64,000 nt of DNA from Malacoraja senta (lineage: Eukaryota): contig JAXLNO010001376.1 of NCBI GenBank assembly GCA_038087875.1, forward strand, positions 1 through 64,000, read 5' to 3'. Below, in pieces: positions 23,701 through 36,875 of this stretch. Below the pieces are notes generated by a model. The model was not told the origin of the DNA. It made no database searches and saw nothing but the letters and a program-made list of their open reading frames with translations. The stretch's first letter is position 1. Each line of letters begins with the position of its first letter. The translations under genes were made by a program, and so were the position numbers.

Positions 23701-25590
23701 GCATTGCTAGTTAAGAGGCAGAGGAAGAAGAAAAGAATGGCAGATGAGCTTATTGATGATGAAAGAAATTCCTCAGATTCTCTAGCTGATTTTTGAGTAA
23801 ATGTGTTTAACCCAATAATGGATCGCATTGTCCAGTCACTAGAATCACGCTTTATACAACACAAACAGTTGTATAAAGATTTGTCCTGCTTGGACCCAGC
23901 AAAGTTTAAAACTATTGCAGAGAAGGGCCTTGAAGATGAACCATTGGAAGGTATTATTAAGCTGTTTCCACAAATCAGCAAAGATCAAGTAATATTGGAA
24001 TTGTTTTCTTTTGCTTCAAACTTTGATGTATTAAAGCTATTGCTTAATGATGGTGAGAATATGGATTCCAGTTGCAACAATTGTACAATTTGCAGCACTT
24101 GCCCATCGTGTGTACTATAAATTCTGGCATCCAACAGACTTCATGACAAGGCATATGATAACCTTTATCAACTTTATAAAGTCATCTGCACACTATCAGT
24201 TACTCAAGTCCAATGTGAGAGGACATTTTCAAAGCTAAAGATCATGAAGACAAGGTTAAGAAATTCGCTGTCTGAGGAGAATTTGGAATCATACATGTTG
24301 CTAACCATTGAAAAGGAATTGTTAGATGAATTGGATGCAGAAGCAATTATTGGCAGATTGGCACAATCATCTAGCGAACACAAACGATTGCTCTTAATAT
24401 AGTGGACTGCATGCAATGCTCTATTGTGCTTTTGAACTATCTGTTAATGTGTAAATTGTGCAGTAAACTATTTAAAAATATCAACCAATTACTTAAAATT
24501 TAAAAAAAAAATCAATTATAACATTCTGTATTTACATTCGGTATCCACTGCCAGTAATATGTACAGTACATGTACACTGTAATTACTAGGAACCATTTTT
24601 TTCACAACAATTTTAAATTGTACCCTTTTTTCCATATGTATTTTTTGAAAATTTATTTATTCGTTATGAAAATTAAATGATAGCATTGTAGTTGTGGGTG
24701 GGCCCCGTTTGTCTCCTGGCAACCAATATTTTTAGACCCAGTCCGCCACTGCTTGCGGCACTGCACTCGCCACTTCCTGCCATTCTGAAAAGGACCCGTT
24801 CACTCCTACTCTTTGCTTCCGGTCTGCCAACCAATTTTCTATCCATGTCAACACCCTACCCCCGGTAACATGTGCTCTAATTTTTGTCACCAGTGTCCCG
24901 TGCGGAACCTTATCAAATGCTTTCTGAAAGTCCAGGTGCACTAGATCCACTGGCACCCCTTCATCCATTTTACTTGTCACATCCTCAAAAAATTCCAGAA
25001 GATTAGTCAAGCATGATTTCCCTTTCATAAATCCATGTTGACTTGGACTAATCCTTTTACTGCTATCCAAATGCCCCATTATTACCTCTTTAATAATTGA
25101 CTCCAGCATCTTTCCCACCACCGAAGTCAGGCTAACTGGTCTGTAATTCCCCGTTTTCTCTCTCGCTCCTTTCTTGAAAAGTGGGATAACATTAGCTATC
25201 CTCCAATCCACAGGAACTGATCCTGAATCTATTGAACATTGGAAAATGATCACCAATGCGTCCACTATTTCTAGAGCCACCTCCCTGAGGACCCTGGGAT
25301 GCAGACCATCAGGTCCAGGGGATTTATCATCCTTCAGTCCCATTAGCCTACCCAATACTATTTCTCGCCTAATGAAAATTTCTTTCAGTTCCTCTACCCC
25401 CTTAGATCCTCTGTCCTCCAGTATATCTGGGAGATTGTTTGTGTCTTCCTTAGTGAAGACAGATCCGAAGTACCTATTCAACTCTTCTGCCATTTCCTTG
25501 TTGCCCATAATAATTTCACCCATGTCTGCCTTCAAGGGACCCACATTTGACTTTGCTACTCTTTTTCCCTTAACATCTTTAAGCATCTTT
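20716..25590 (-). mobile_element. CR1 LINE (RT region), split by a hAT transposon
   Basis: 284-aa ORF 24732-25586 with KSPGPDGLHP, GNYRPVSLTS and DFQKAFDKVPH; RT continues on the other side of the hAT, below 21728. Confidence 0.93.
21729..24751 (+). mobile_element. Full-length but inactivated hAT DNA transposon (3023 bp)
   Basis: 14-bp perfect TIR cagtggcggactgg; 8-bp TSD cttgcggc (21721-21728 and 24752-24759); broken transposase with STDGAA, WCYAHVLNLV, ETRWS and C-terminal CERTFSKLKIMKTRLRNSL dimerisation motif. Confidence 0.95.
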
Positions 25591-25844
25591 ACTCAATACT
25601 CTGACTGATGAAGGACAAACTTTTTGACCACCTGATATACCAGCGACTCAACCTTCAAGGAACCATGCAACCATCAACCATTCCTCTGCCCACCTGGCTA
25701 ATTGATCGAGTTCCTGCTGCAATCTTTCACAACCATCTTCACTATTTGCAAATCCACTCACTTCTGTATCATCAGCAAACTTGCTAATCTTGCCCTGTTC
25801 TGTGACGTTTCACAGAGTGCTGGAGTAACTCAGCGGGCCAGGCT

Positions 25845-26410
25845 GAGTACAGAAGTTGGGAGGTCATGTTGCAGTTGTATAAGAAGTTGATGAGGCCGCA
25901 TTCAGAGTATTGTATTCAGTTCTGGGCACCATGTTATAGGAAAGATGTCATCAAACTAGAAATGGTACAGTGAAGATTTACGAGGATGTTGCCAGGACTA
26001 GAGGGCCAGAGCTATAGGGAGAGGTTGAGTAGGCTGGGATTCTATTTCATGGAGCACAGGAGGATGAGGGATTATCTAATAGAGGTGTATAAAATCATGA
26101 TTTGAATACTATGGTTGAGTCTTTTGCCCAGAGAAGGTGAATCGGGGAGCAGAGGACATAAGTTTAAGGTGAAGGGCAAAAGATTTAATAGGAATCTGAC
26201 GGGTATATTTTTCACACAATGGGTGGTAGGTGTATGGAACAAGCTGCCAGAGGAGGTACAGGCAGGGACTATCGCAAAATTTAAGAAACACTTAGACAGG
26301 TATATGGATGGGACAGGTTTGGAGGGATATGGATCAAATGTGGACAGGAGGGACTAGTGTAAATGGGACATGCTGGGCCGAAGGGCCTGTTTCCACACTG
26401 TATCTCTCTA
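25845..26410 (+). mobile_element. CR1 3' fragment
   Basis: RPHSEYCIQFWAP-like, RGHKFKVKG and FFTQWVV motifs. Confidence 0.8.
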
Positions 26411-26869
26411 TGACTCTATCTATCTTTCCCTCTCAAACCCATTCTCCTGCCTTCTCCCCATTACCTCTGACACCTGCATCAATCAAGAATCTATCAATCT
26501 CCTCCTGAAAAATGTCCATTGACGACCTCCACAGCTGAATTCCACAGTTCACCTTCTGACTTAAGAAATTCCTGCTCATCTCCTTCCTAAAGGAATGTAT
26601 TTTAATTCTGAGGCTGTGGCCACTGGTCCTAGACTCTCCCACTAGTGGAAACATCCTCTCCACATCCACTCCATCCAGGTTTTTACCAGACTGGGACAGA
26701 CGGCAACAGCTTCACACCGTGTCCCAAAGCTTGTGTCCTGTCCTGCATCACCCAAGGCAGCAGAGACGTTATAGGAGAGGGCAAGCACCGTCACAAAGTA
26801 GTTCACGATGGTTTGGGTAACATTCAGGAATGTCTATGCATGTCACATCATGAATATTACTGAAGAAGG

Positions 26870-27410
26870 ATCTTGACCCGAAATATAATCTATACCTTTT
26901 CTCCAGAAATGCTGCCTGACCCGCTGAGTTACTCCATCACTCTGTGAAACGTCACCTATCCATGTTCTCCACAGATGCTGCCTGACCCGCTGAGTTACTC
27001 CAGCACTCTGTGAAACGTCACCTATCCATGTTCTCCACAGATGCTGCCTGACCCACTGAGTTACTCCAGCACACTGTGAAACGTCACCTATCCATGTTCT
27101 CCACAGATGCAGCCTGACCCACTGAGTTACTCCAGCACTCTGTGAAACGTCACCTATCCATGTTCTCCACAGATGCTGCCTGACCCGCTGAGTTACTCCA
27201 GCACTCTGTGAAACGTCACCTATCCATGTTCTCCACAGATGCTGCCTGACCCACTGAGTTACTCCAGCACACTGTGAAACGTCACCTATCCATGTTCTCC
27301 ACAGATGCTGCCTGACCCACTGAGTTACTCCAGCACTCTGTGAAACGTCACCTATCCATGTTCTCCACAGTTGCTGCCGGACCCGCTGACTTACTCCAGC
27401 ACTTTGTGTC
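26870..27410 (+). repeat. Tandem array of ~7.5 x 66-bp units derived from the Penelope-type terminal repeat
   Basis: Unit starts at 26908, 26974, 27040, 27106, 27172, 27238, 27304 and 27370; unit gatgctgcctgacccgctgagttactccagcactctgtgaaacgtcacctatccatgttctccaca. Confidence 0.95.
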
Positions 27411-28324
27411 TATTTTCCCTTCACCCATCTGCCCAAGTCCACTCTCCCCCCTCCTTTCCTATGTTCCTTTCCACCCATAAACCTCTCTCTGCCTTTACAT
27501 TTCACTCCTCTTTCAAATCTGCTCTACTTATCTACATGCATTTTTCTTCTTACCTTTTTAGTCATAGAATGATGCAGTGTGGAAACAGGCCCTTCAGCCC
27601 AACTTGCCCACACCATCCAACATGTCCCATCTACACTAGTCCCACTCACATGCGTTTGGCCCATATCCATGTAAACCTGTCCTATCCATGTACGTGTCCA
27701 AATGTCTCTTAAACATTAGGATAGTCCCAGCCTTAACTACCTCCTCTGGCAGCTTGTTCCGTACACCCACCACCCTTTGTGTGAAAAAGCTACCTCTCAG
27801 ATTCCTGTTAATTTCTGAAATATTGGTCATGAATTTGATGCGAAAATGCTCCAAAATAAGACTCAGAATGCATCAGAGAGCATCTAAAACCCCTGAGCTT
27901 CCAGGGCCCGCTTAAGGGCCCTGGACCACGGCATCGAGGGACTTCACACTTCGCGCTCGTGATGTGCACAGCGCGCACATTATTTCACATTACAATCTTT
28001 TTTGTGATCCTGTCATGCCACCCCCCTTTTTGAAAAGCTTTGTACGGGCCTGAGTTAGGAAGGCATGTTGGTGCTTTACAGGTCATCAGCCACTGTGTAG
28101 CACTGGGAGATGGTACTGGTGAGTACAGTTTGGTCCTGGCACAGCAGTGTGTACTGATAGGGACAGATCTATCACTGCATAACAAAGAATGCTGGAGAAA
28201 CTCAACAGTTCAGGCAGCATCTGTGGAGGGAATGGACAGACAACATTTTCAGTTGGGACTGTTCTTAAAACGGATTGTAGTATGGGGGAAGAAAGCTGGA
28301 AAAGAGAGGTGAGGCAGAAATTCT

Positions 28325-28860
28325 GCCGTCCAAAACAGAAAACTTGAATAAGCCTGGGCGATCGTTTCACTGAACACCTTCACTCATTCCGCCTGGACCT
28401 ACCTGATCTCCCGGTTCCCAAACACTTTACTTCCCCTTCCCATTCCCACACTGACCTTTCAGTCCTGGGCCTCCTCTTTTGTCAGAGTGAGGCCAAACGC
28501 AAATTAGAGGAACAGCATCTCATATTTCACTTGGGCAGTTTACAACCAGTGGTATGAATATTGAGTTCTCTGACTTCGTAATCCCTGCATTCCCTCTCTC
28601 TCCATCCCTCCCCCACCCAAGTCGTACCAGCTTCAAAGTCCCTTCTCACCTAACAAACAGCTAACAATGGCCTGTTTTCTTTATCATCATTACTTTTGTG
28701 CATATCTTTCATTGATTTGTTCTGTATCTCTCTACATCACCGTCTATATCTCCTGTTTCCCTTTCCCCAGTCTGAAGAAGGGTCTCAACCCAAAATGTCA
28801 CCTTTTCTCCAGAGATGCTATCTGACCCGGTGAGTTACTCCAGCTTTTTGTGTCTATCTT
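28325..28860 (+). mobile_element. Penelope-like element 3' fragment (end of GIY-YIG endonuclease plus terminal repeat)
   Basis: LGDRFTEHLHSFRLDLPDLPVPKHF...RKLEEQHLIFHLGSL..GMNIEFS followed by the ctgaagaagggtctc repeat. Confidence 0.8.
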
Positions 28861-29889
28861 CAGTGTAAGCTATAGCTTGCAAAAGGGTGGTTAATAAATA
28901 TTATATGAATGCTGCAGTGGGATTAAACAATGTCGACAATTGATGCCTAACTGACAGGAAGCAAAACTTTTTGTAAAATATCTCCTTTGTTCTGGAGGTG
29001 CATAACAATGTTGTCACTGCCCCTGTAGCATCTGGTGCCCTCTTGTGGTCAAAGTTACAGTAATCTGGAGGTTGCTGTCCACAGATATTTTAATACAAAT
29101 TTGGAACAAACAAAACTGATGCTGGGTCTCATCCCGGAATGTCAATAATTTCCTCCCTCCCCACAGATGCTGCTCGACCGCTGAGTTCCCCTAGGCTCCA
29201 GCAGTTAGTTTGTTGCTCCACATTATGAGAGGCGTAGACAGTCAGAACCATTTCACCAGTTTGGAAATGATCAACTTTAGAGGCCAGAGCTAGAAAGTGA
29301 AAGGGGGAAGGTTTAATGGAGAAGTAGAGGGCATGTTTCTTCATACAGTGGGCTGGGCGGGGGGGGGGGCTGGAACGCACTGTATGGGTGGTGGTAGTGC
29401 AGATATGATAGTAGGATTTAAGAGACTTTCAGATAGGCACATGGAAGTGCGGGGAATAGAGGGATATGGGTCATGTACAGGCAGATAAGATCAGTTTAAG
29501 TTGGCATCATGTTGGCACAAACACTGTGGGCCAAAGTGCCATATTGTTCTATTCTAAATTTAATTTCATTTTGTTTAGTTTTAGAGATACAGCGCTGAAA
29601 TAGTCCCTTCATCCTACTGAGTCCGTGCCGACCAGCGATCCCCATAAACCAGCACCATCGGACACAGATGAGACAATTTACCATTGTTTTTACCGAAGGA
29701 CAATAACTTACATACCTGTATGGCTTTGGAGTGTGGGAGGAAATCAGAGCTCCCGGAGAAATCCCATGTGATCACGGGGACAACGTACAAACTCCTTACT
29801 GACAGCACCCGTTGTCAGGATCGAACCCGGGTCTCTGGCGCTGTAAGGCAGCAGCTCCACCGCTGCGCCATTGTGCCACCCCTAAATAT

Positions 29890-30552
29890 ATTCACTATTC
29901 TATTGCAGAATCTCCAATCTCTCCCTCAATGTCAGCAAGGTGAATTTGAAGGAGCTAGTTATCGACTGTTGGAAGGAAGATGGTGTACAAGCCATAAGCT
30001 TCTGGGATGCACCGCAGCGGCAGAAGCAAATGACCACGGATCGCCCCACGGAACCCAACACGAATCGACCAGGCGGCCGCCGAGAACAAAGATAGACTCG
30101 GCCGGTCGCCTGTAGCCATATGTGCCGGCAGGTTTGGTTCGCCGGTGTGAAGAGCAACCCGGTGGAAGCTGCTGAGCTTGGCCCCGAAACCCGGAGAGTC
30201 GTGGAGGAGGGAGCCGCTGCCGCCGCTGGGCGCAAGGAATGGGCCGCTAAGAGAGGGACTGAGGTTTCAAGGTTGGCTGCAGGAGAGGAGTTGCCTCCCG
30301 GGACACAGAGCCAGTTGGGCGAGGAGAGGGACGTCTGTTGGCTGGCCGAGCTGGTCCAGGGTGACGGAGGAGACCCCCCTGGCAATAGCCTGGGGTTTAA
30401 CTGAGCTAACCTGGATCGGGGGCGCTCCAGTAAATCCAACATACGGACCGGACATTGGACTTTTTCTTTTTCTTTTGTAAATACTGCCAAATTATGGCGA
30501 CGGGAGCAAGAATTTCACTGTGCAGTGCATAAGTGACAATAAAGAATCATTG
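29890..30552 (+). mobile_element. Unclassified CpG-rich repeat with a LINE-like 3' tail
   Basis: GC-rich block ending in atttcactgtgca...gacaataaag; gccgagaacaaag motif recurs reversed and duplicated at about 55895-56165. Confidence 0.45.
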
Positions 30553-30711
30553 AAACATTGAAGTCAGAATCAATAGTGTAGAAGTGCGAGTGCTGAAGTG
30601 GGAATGGTGAAGAACTTCAAATTCCTCGGCATGAACAACCTGTTGCATTTTAGTCACTGGGGCAGAACTTTGAAAATAATGGACGTTTAACAATCCATCT
30701 GCAGCACTGAT

Positions 30712-31205
30712 TAGAAACGTAGAAAGCAGGTGCAGTAGTAGACCATTAGGCCCTTCAAGCCAGCACCGTCATTCAATATGATCATGGCTGAGCATCCAGA
30801 ATCAGTACCCTGTTCCTGCTTTCTCCCCATATTCCTTGATTCTGTAGCCCTAAGATCTAACTCTCTCTTGAATACATCCAGTGAATTGGCCTCCACTGCC
30901 TTCTGTGGCAGAGAATTCCACAGATTCACAACAATCTGGGTGAACATGTTTTTCCTCATCTCAGTCCTAAATGGCCTACTGGCCCTAATTGGTCTCCACT
31001 GCCACAGAAGGCAGTGGAGACCAATTCATAAACTGTGACCACTGGTTCTGGACTCCCCCAATATCGGGAACATTTTTCCTGCATCTAACTGTCCAATCCC
31101 TAAAGAATTTTATGTGCGTCTATAAGATCCCCTGTCATGCTAAATTCCAGTGAATATAAGCCTAGTCAGTCCATTCTTTCATCACATGTTTGTCCCGCCA
31201 TACTG
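30712..31205 (-). mobile_element. CR1 3' fragment
   Basis: MRKNMFTQIVVNLWNSLPQKAVEA; tagaaac tail. Confidence 0.85.
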
Positions 31206-34019
31206 GGACAATAAATATTTTACTTTTTTATGAACAATATCCTTGATATTATTGCTTTAAAAAAAAATTCTGTTCCAGTCCCACCACAGAGATTTTTTGC
31301 CGTATAATTGTTTGGCTCCTTTCCGCCTTCAATCAATTGAAAGCCAGAGTGGTAAAGAAGCCACTATTCATAGCATTGAGTGTGAGAGTCAGGAAGTCAT
31401 ATGCTGCTTTATGGAACTTCAAAGATAGACACAAAATGCTGTAGTAACTCAGTGGGACAGGCAGCATCTCTGGATAGAAGGAATGGCTGACATTTCTAGT
31501 TGAGTCCCTTCAGGCTGAAGAGGAAAGGGAGACATGGAGATAAGGAAGTGTAAGGTATGAAAGAATGACATCAAAGGAGGTGTAGTACAAGGAAAATGTA
31601 GAATAGATCATTGTTAGCTAGGAGTAGGTGTGAACGAAGCATACATAGATAATGTTTAATCAGGGGGACAGTCAGACTGGTCGGAGAATAGAACTTCAGA
31701 TAGGCCACAATAAGAATATTATCGCCATTTCTGGTTGCCCCAATGCAGGATGAATTTGGAAGCATGGAATTAGTGCAGAGGTGGTTTGCCAGAATGATGC
31801 ACAGATTAGATATTAGCTAGGAGAGGTTGGACAGACTTAGATTGTAATCGCTAGAATACTGGAGGTTGATACAAGTATATAAAATTATGAGAGGCATAGA
31901 TGGGATAGAGAGTCAGAACCTTTTCCACAGGGTGTAAATATAAAGTAATGGAGATCATAGCTTTCAGGTGAGTGGGATATGGTGTAAAGGGCCATGTATT
32001 AACAGAAGGCTCAATGAGAGATTTCTGCGCTGATGTTGAGACGGCGCTGCACATTTACACCTAGACACAACTTTAAACTGAGCTCATGTCTCTCCTCCCA
32101 GCTGAAAAAAAAGACGCATGGTATTACCTCAAATAAGGGCTGGGAAATTATTACACATGCATTGTCCAATTTTTATTACTTAAGCAATAACAAAGTGGAC
32201 TAAAGAGAGACACAAAAATGTTAGATGGAGCTCTAGGGGCTGGTGGAATCAAGGGATATGGGGAGAAGGCAGGCATTGATTGGGGACGATCAGCCATGAT
32301 CACCATGAATGGCGGTGCTGGCTCGAAGGGCCGAATGGCCTCCTCCTGCACCTATTTTCTATGCTTCTAAAAAGCTGGAGTAACTCAGCAGGTCAGGCAG
32401 CACTTCTGGGAAAAAGGAAAAGGTGACGATTTGTGTCGAGACCCTTCCCGAAATGTCACCTATTCCTTTTCCCCAGAAATGCTGCCTGACCCGCTGAGTT
32501 ACTCCTGCTTTTTGCATCTGCCTACAGTAAAACAAGCATCTGCAGTTCCTTCCTACACAGGAAAGTAGACTATCTGGTTTATCTAAAACTGCAGTTTGTG
32601 GAATTGACTGCATTCTGAATTGTAAAATAGTTATACTTTGAGAAACATCTATTCGGTTGTAAGATGCTATGTGAAATATGATTTTGTAATTGTTGTCCTT
32701 AAAACACCAATATAATCCCTACCATAAAACCTGATCCTGAAACTGTATTCACTGGCAATTAGTGACCAGAACAAGTGGTCTCATTCCCATTGGATCTAGT
32801 TATCAGGTTTGTGTATACATGGACCAATAATTAGCTTCACACCAGAGTTCTGTTAAAAAAGTGCAAGAGATTAAGTTACTGTTGCTGCATTTACTCTGCT
32901 GGTTAAATATTGTTGTGGGCGGCTGTTAAACATGCTTCTTTTTACCTTACTCAACACTTACGGTGTGGCCAATGTCTCCTCTGGTAAACAATGCTCCTTC
33001 TACTTGTGAACTTTGAGGAAACAACAAAACTGATTCTATTTACTGTTGCACAGTACCTGTGTTTGCCCTGGGTACATTGTCTTGGATGTATTAATTGAAT
33101 GATTGAATTGAATGTATTAATAATTTTGGGTAACGGTCATTCCTGAGTTGTAAAAGCTCCTGTGGGAAGTTATATATACTATGGTTACCTTGGCAATCCA
33201 TTGAACAGAGGAACTGAATACAGGGAAATAATGAACATAGAACATAGGACAATACAGCATAGGAGCAGGTCCTTCAGTCCTTCAGTCTGAAGAAGGGTCT
33301 CGACCTGAAACGTCACCTATTCCTTTTCTCCAGAGATGCTGCCTGCCCCGCTGAGTTACTCCAGCATTTTGTGTCTACCGTCGGCCCACAATGTCTGTGC
33401 CGAACAAAATAAACTAATCTCCTCTACCTGTATGTGAACTGTATCCGGCCATTCCCTGCCTATCTATGTACCTATCTAAAAGCCTCTGAAATGTAACTGT
33501 TATATCTGCCACCACCATCACCACCACTGGCAGCGCGTTACAGATGTCCACCACCCTCCACATAAAACAACTTGCTCCGCTCATCTCCTTTGAACATTGC
33601 CTCTCCAACCTTAAAGTGATGTTCTCTGGTCTTCAACATTTCCACCCTGGGAAAAAGGTTCTGGCTGTCCACTCTGTCTGTGCCTCTTACCATGTTGTGC
33701 ACTTTCATCAGGTCTCCCTTCAACCTCCAGTATACAAGAGAAAACAATCCATGTTTGTCCAATCTGTTCTTGCACTAATACCTCAGACAGAATTCAGGTA
33801 AACCGGCGATGTGCACTTTCAATAAAGAAGTGACTTCTGCATTAGTAGGTGTTCCACCTCTCCAAGATTTCCTCAGCTGGTGTTAGACAGCCACATGATG
33901 GTAAAATTCAGCCTGCATTAAATGACCAATCAATGTTGTGTTAATGTTGTTGCCATCTTGTTGTTTGTTACATGCTTCCTGTCCTACAGACCCTATCCAT
34001 TACCCCACCACCACTTCCA

Positions 34020-36875
34020 TATAACCATATAACCATATAACCATTACAGCACGGAAAGAGGCCATCTCGGCCCTTCAAGTCCGTGCCGAACACTTTTTTT
34101 TTCTTCCCCCTTCTTTCTTCTTACTTCCCCCTAGTCCCATCTACCTGCACTCAGACCATATCCTTCCATTCCTTTCTCGTCCATATACCCATCCAATCTA
34201 TTTTTAAAGGATAAAATCGAACCTGCCTCCACCACTTCCACTGGAAGCTCATTCCACACAGCTACCACTCTCTGAGTAAAGAAGTTCCCCCTAATGTTCC
34301 CCCTAAACTTCTGTCCCTTAATTCTCAAGTCATGTCCCCTTGTTTGAATCTTCCCTACTCTCAATGGGAAAAGCTTATCCACGTCAACACTGTCTAACCC
34401 GCTCATCATTTTAAAGACCTCTATCAAGCCCCCCCTTAACATTCTGCGCTCCAAAGAATAAAGACCTAACTTGTTCAACCCTTCTCTGTAACTTAGTTGT
34501 TGAAACCCAGGCAACATTCTAGTAAATCTCCTCTGTACTCTCTCTATTTTGTTGACATCCTTCCTATAATTAGGCGACCAAAATTGTACTCCATACTCCA
34601 GAATTGGCCTCACCAATGCCTTGTACAATTTTAACATTACATCCCAAATTCAATATTCAATGCTCTGATTTATAAAGGCCAGCAAACCAAAAACTTTCTT
34701 ACCACCCTATCTACATGAGATTCCACCTTCAGGGAACTATGCACAGTTATTCCTAGATCCCTCTGTTCAACTGCATTCCTCAATTCGCTACCATTTACCA
34801 TGTATGTCCTATTTTGATTTGTCCTGGCGAGATGTAGCACCTCACCTTTATCAGCATTAAACTCCATCTGCCATCTTTCAGCCCACTCTTCCAAATGGCC
34901 TAAATCTCTCTGTAGACTTTGAAAATCTACTTGATTATCCACAACACCACCTATCTTAGTATCATCTGCATACTTACTAATCCAATTTTCCACACCATCA
35001 TCCAGATCATTGATGTACATGACAAACAACAGTAGACCCAACACAGACCCCTGAGGCACCCCACTGGTCACCGGCCTCCAACCTGACAAACAGCCATCCA
35101 CCATTACTCTCTGGCATCTCCCATTCAGCCACTCTTGAATCCATCTTGCTACTCCACCATTAATACCCAACAATTAAATCTTCTTAACCAACCTTCCATG
35201 AGGAACATTGTCAAAGGCTTTACTGAAGTCCATATAGACAACATCCACTGCTTTACCCTCATCAATTTCCCTAGTAACCTCTTCGAAAAATTCAAGAAGA
35301 TTAGTCAAACATGACATTCCAGGCACAAATCCATGTTGACTGTTCCTAATCAGACCCTGCTTATCCAGATGCTTATATATATTATCTCTAAGTATCCTTT
35401 CCATTAATTTGCCCACCACTGACGTCAAACTAACAGGTCTATAATTGCTAGGTTTACTCTCACAACCCTTTTTGAACAACATGCGCTGTACGCCAATCCT
35501 CCGGCACTATTTCCGTTTCTAATAACATTTGAAATATTTCTGTCATAGCCCCTGCTATTTCTACACTAACTTCCCTCACTGTCCTAGAAAATATCCTGTC
35601 AGGACCTGGAGACATACATTTTCATATTTTTCAAAAGTGTCCGCACCTCCTCTTCTTTGAATCTCATAGTTTCCATTGCTACTCTGCTTGTTTCCCTTAG
35701 CTCACATAATTCCATATCCTTCTCCTTGGTGAATACCGACGAAAAGAAATTGTTCAATATCTCCCCCATCTCTTTTGGCTCTGCAGATAGCTGTCCACCC
35801 TGACTCTCTAATGGACCGATTTTATTCCTTGTTATCCTTTTGCTATTAATATAGCTGTAGAAACCCTTTGGATTTACTTTCACCTTACTTGCCAAAGCAA
35901 CCTCATATCTTCTTTTAGCTTTTCTAATTTATTTCTTAATATTCTTTTTACATTCTTTATACTCCTCAAGCACCTCATTTACTCCATGGTGCCTATAATT
36001 ATTGTAGATGTCTCTCTTTTTCCGAACCAATTGTCCAATTTCCCTTGAAAACCATGGTTCTTTCCAATTTTTACTATTTCCTTTCAACCGCACAGGGACA
36101 TAAAGATTCTGTACTCTTAAAATGTCACCTTTAAATGACCTCCATTTCTCTACTACATCCTTCCCATAAAACAACATGTCCCAATTCACTCCTTTTAAAT
36201 CCTTTCGCATCTCCTCAAAGTTAGCCTTTCTCCAAACAAAAATCTTAACCCTAGGTCCAGTTCTGACCCTCTCCATAATTATATTGAAACTAATGGTATT
36301 GTGATCACTGGACCCGAAGTGCTCCCCAACGCCTACCTCCGCCACCTGCCCTGTCTCATTTCCTAACAGGAGGTCCAGCACTGCCCCTTCTTTAGTAGGT
36401 ACCTCTATGTATTGCTGCAAACAACTATCCTGCACACATTTTACAACTCCAAACCATCCAGCCCTTTTACAGAATGTGTTTCCCAGTCTAAGTGTGGAAA
36501 ATTGAAATCTCCCACAATCACTACCTTGTGCTTACTACTAATATCTGCTATCTCCTTACATATTTGCTCTTCCAATTCTCGATCCCCTTTGGTGGTCTAT
36601 AATACACCCCTATACGTGTTGCTACACCTTTCCCATTTCTCAGTTCCACCCAAATAACCTCCCTAGACGAGCCCTCTACTCTATCCTGCCAAAGCACTGC
36701 TGTAATATCTTCCTTGACAAGCAATGCAACACCCCCATCTCTTGCCCCTCCAATTCTATCACCCCTGAAGCAACGAAATCCTGGAATATTTAGTTTCCAA
36801 TCACAGCCCTCCTGCAACCATGTTTCACTGATCGCCACAACATCATACTTCCAGGTGTCAATCCATGCTCTATCC
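34020..36875 (-). mobile_element. CR1 LINE, most of ORF2 (APE endonuclease plus RT), frameshifted
   Basis: DVVAISETWL, GGVALLVK, HFGSSDHN, NYRPVSLTS, SKYADDTKIG and RPILEYG; (taaccata)n tail. Confidence 0.93.

Noticed and set aside
26680-26850. Minus-strand segment reading ..SLLPWVMQDRTQ.., faintly like the post-TM region of SUN1
   Set aside because: That frame has stops after the only plausible acceptor; similarity too weak to support
26870-27410. CRISPR-like appearance of the 66-bp array
   Set aside because: No unique spacers, eukaryotic context, and the unit is a known-type retroelement repeat
29900-30490. 196-aa minus ORF and overlapping plus ORFs
   Set aside because: GC-rich low-complexity repeat sequence with few stops; no splice or domain support
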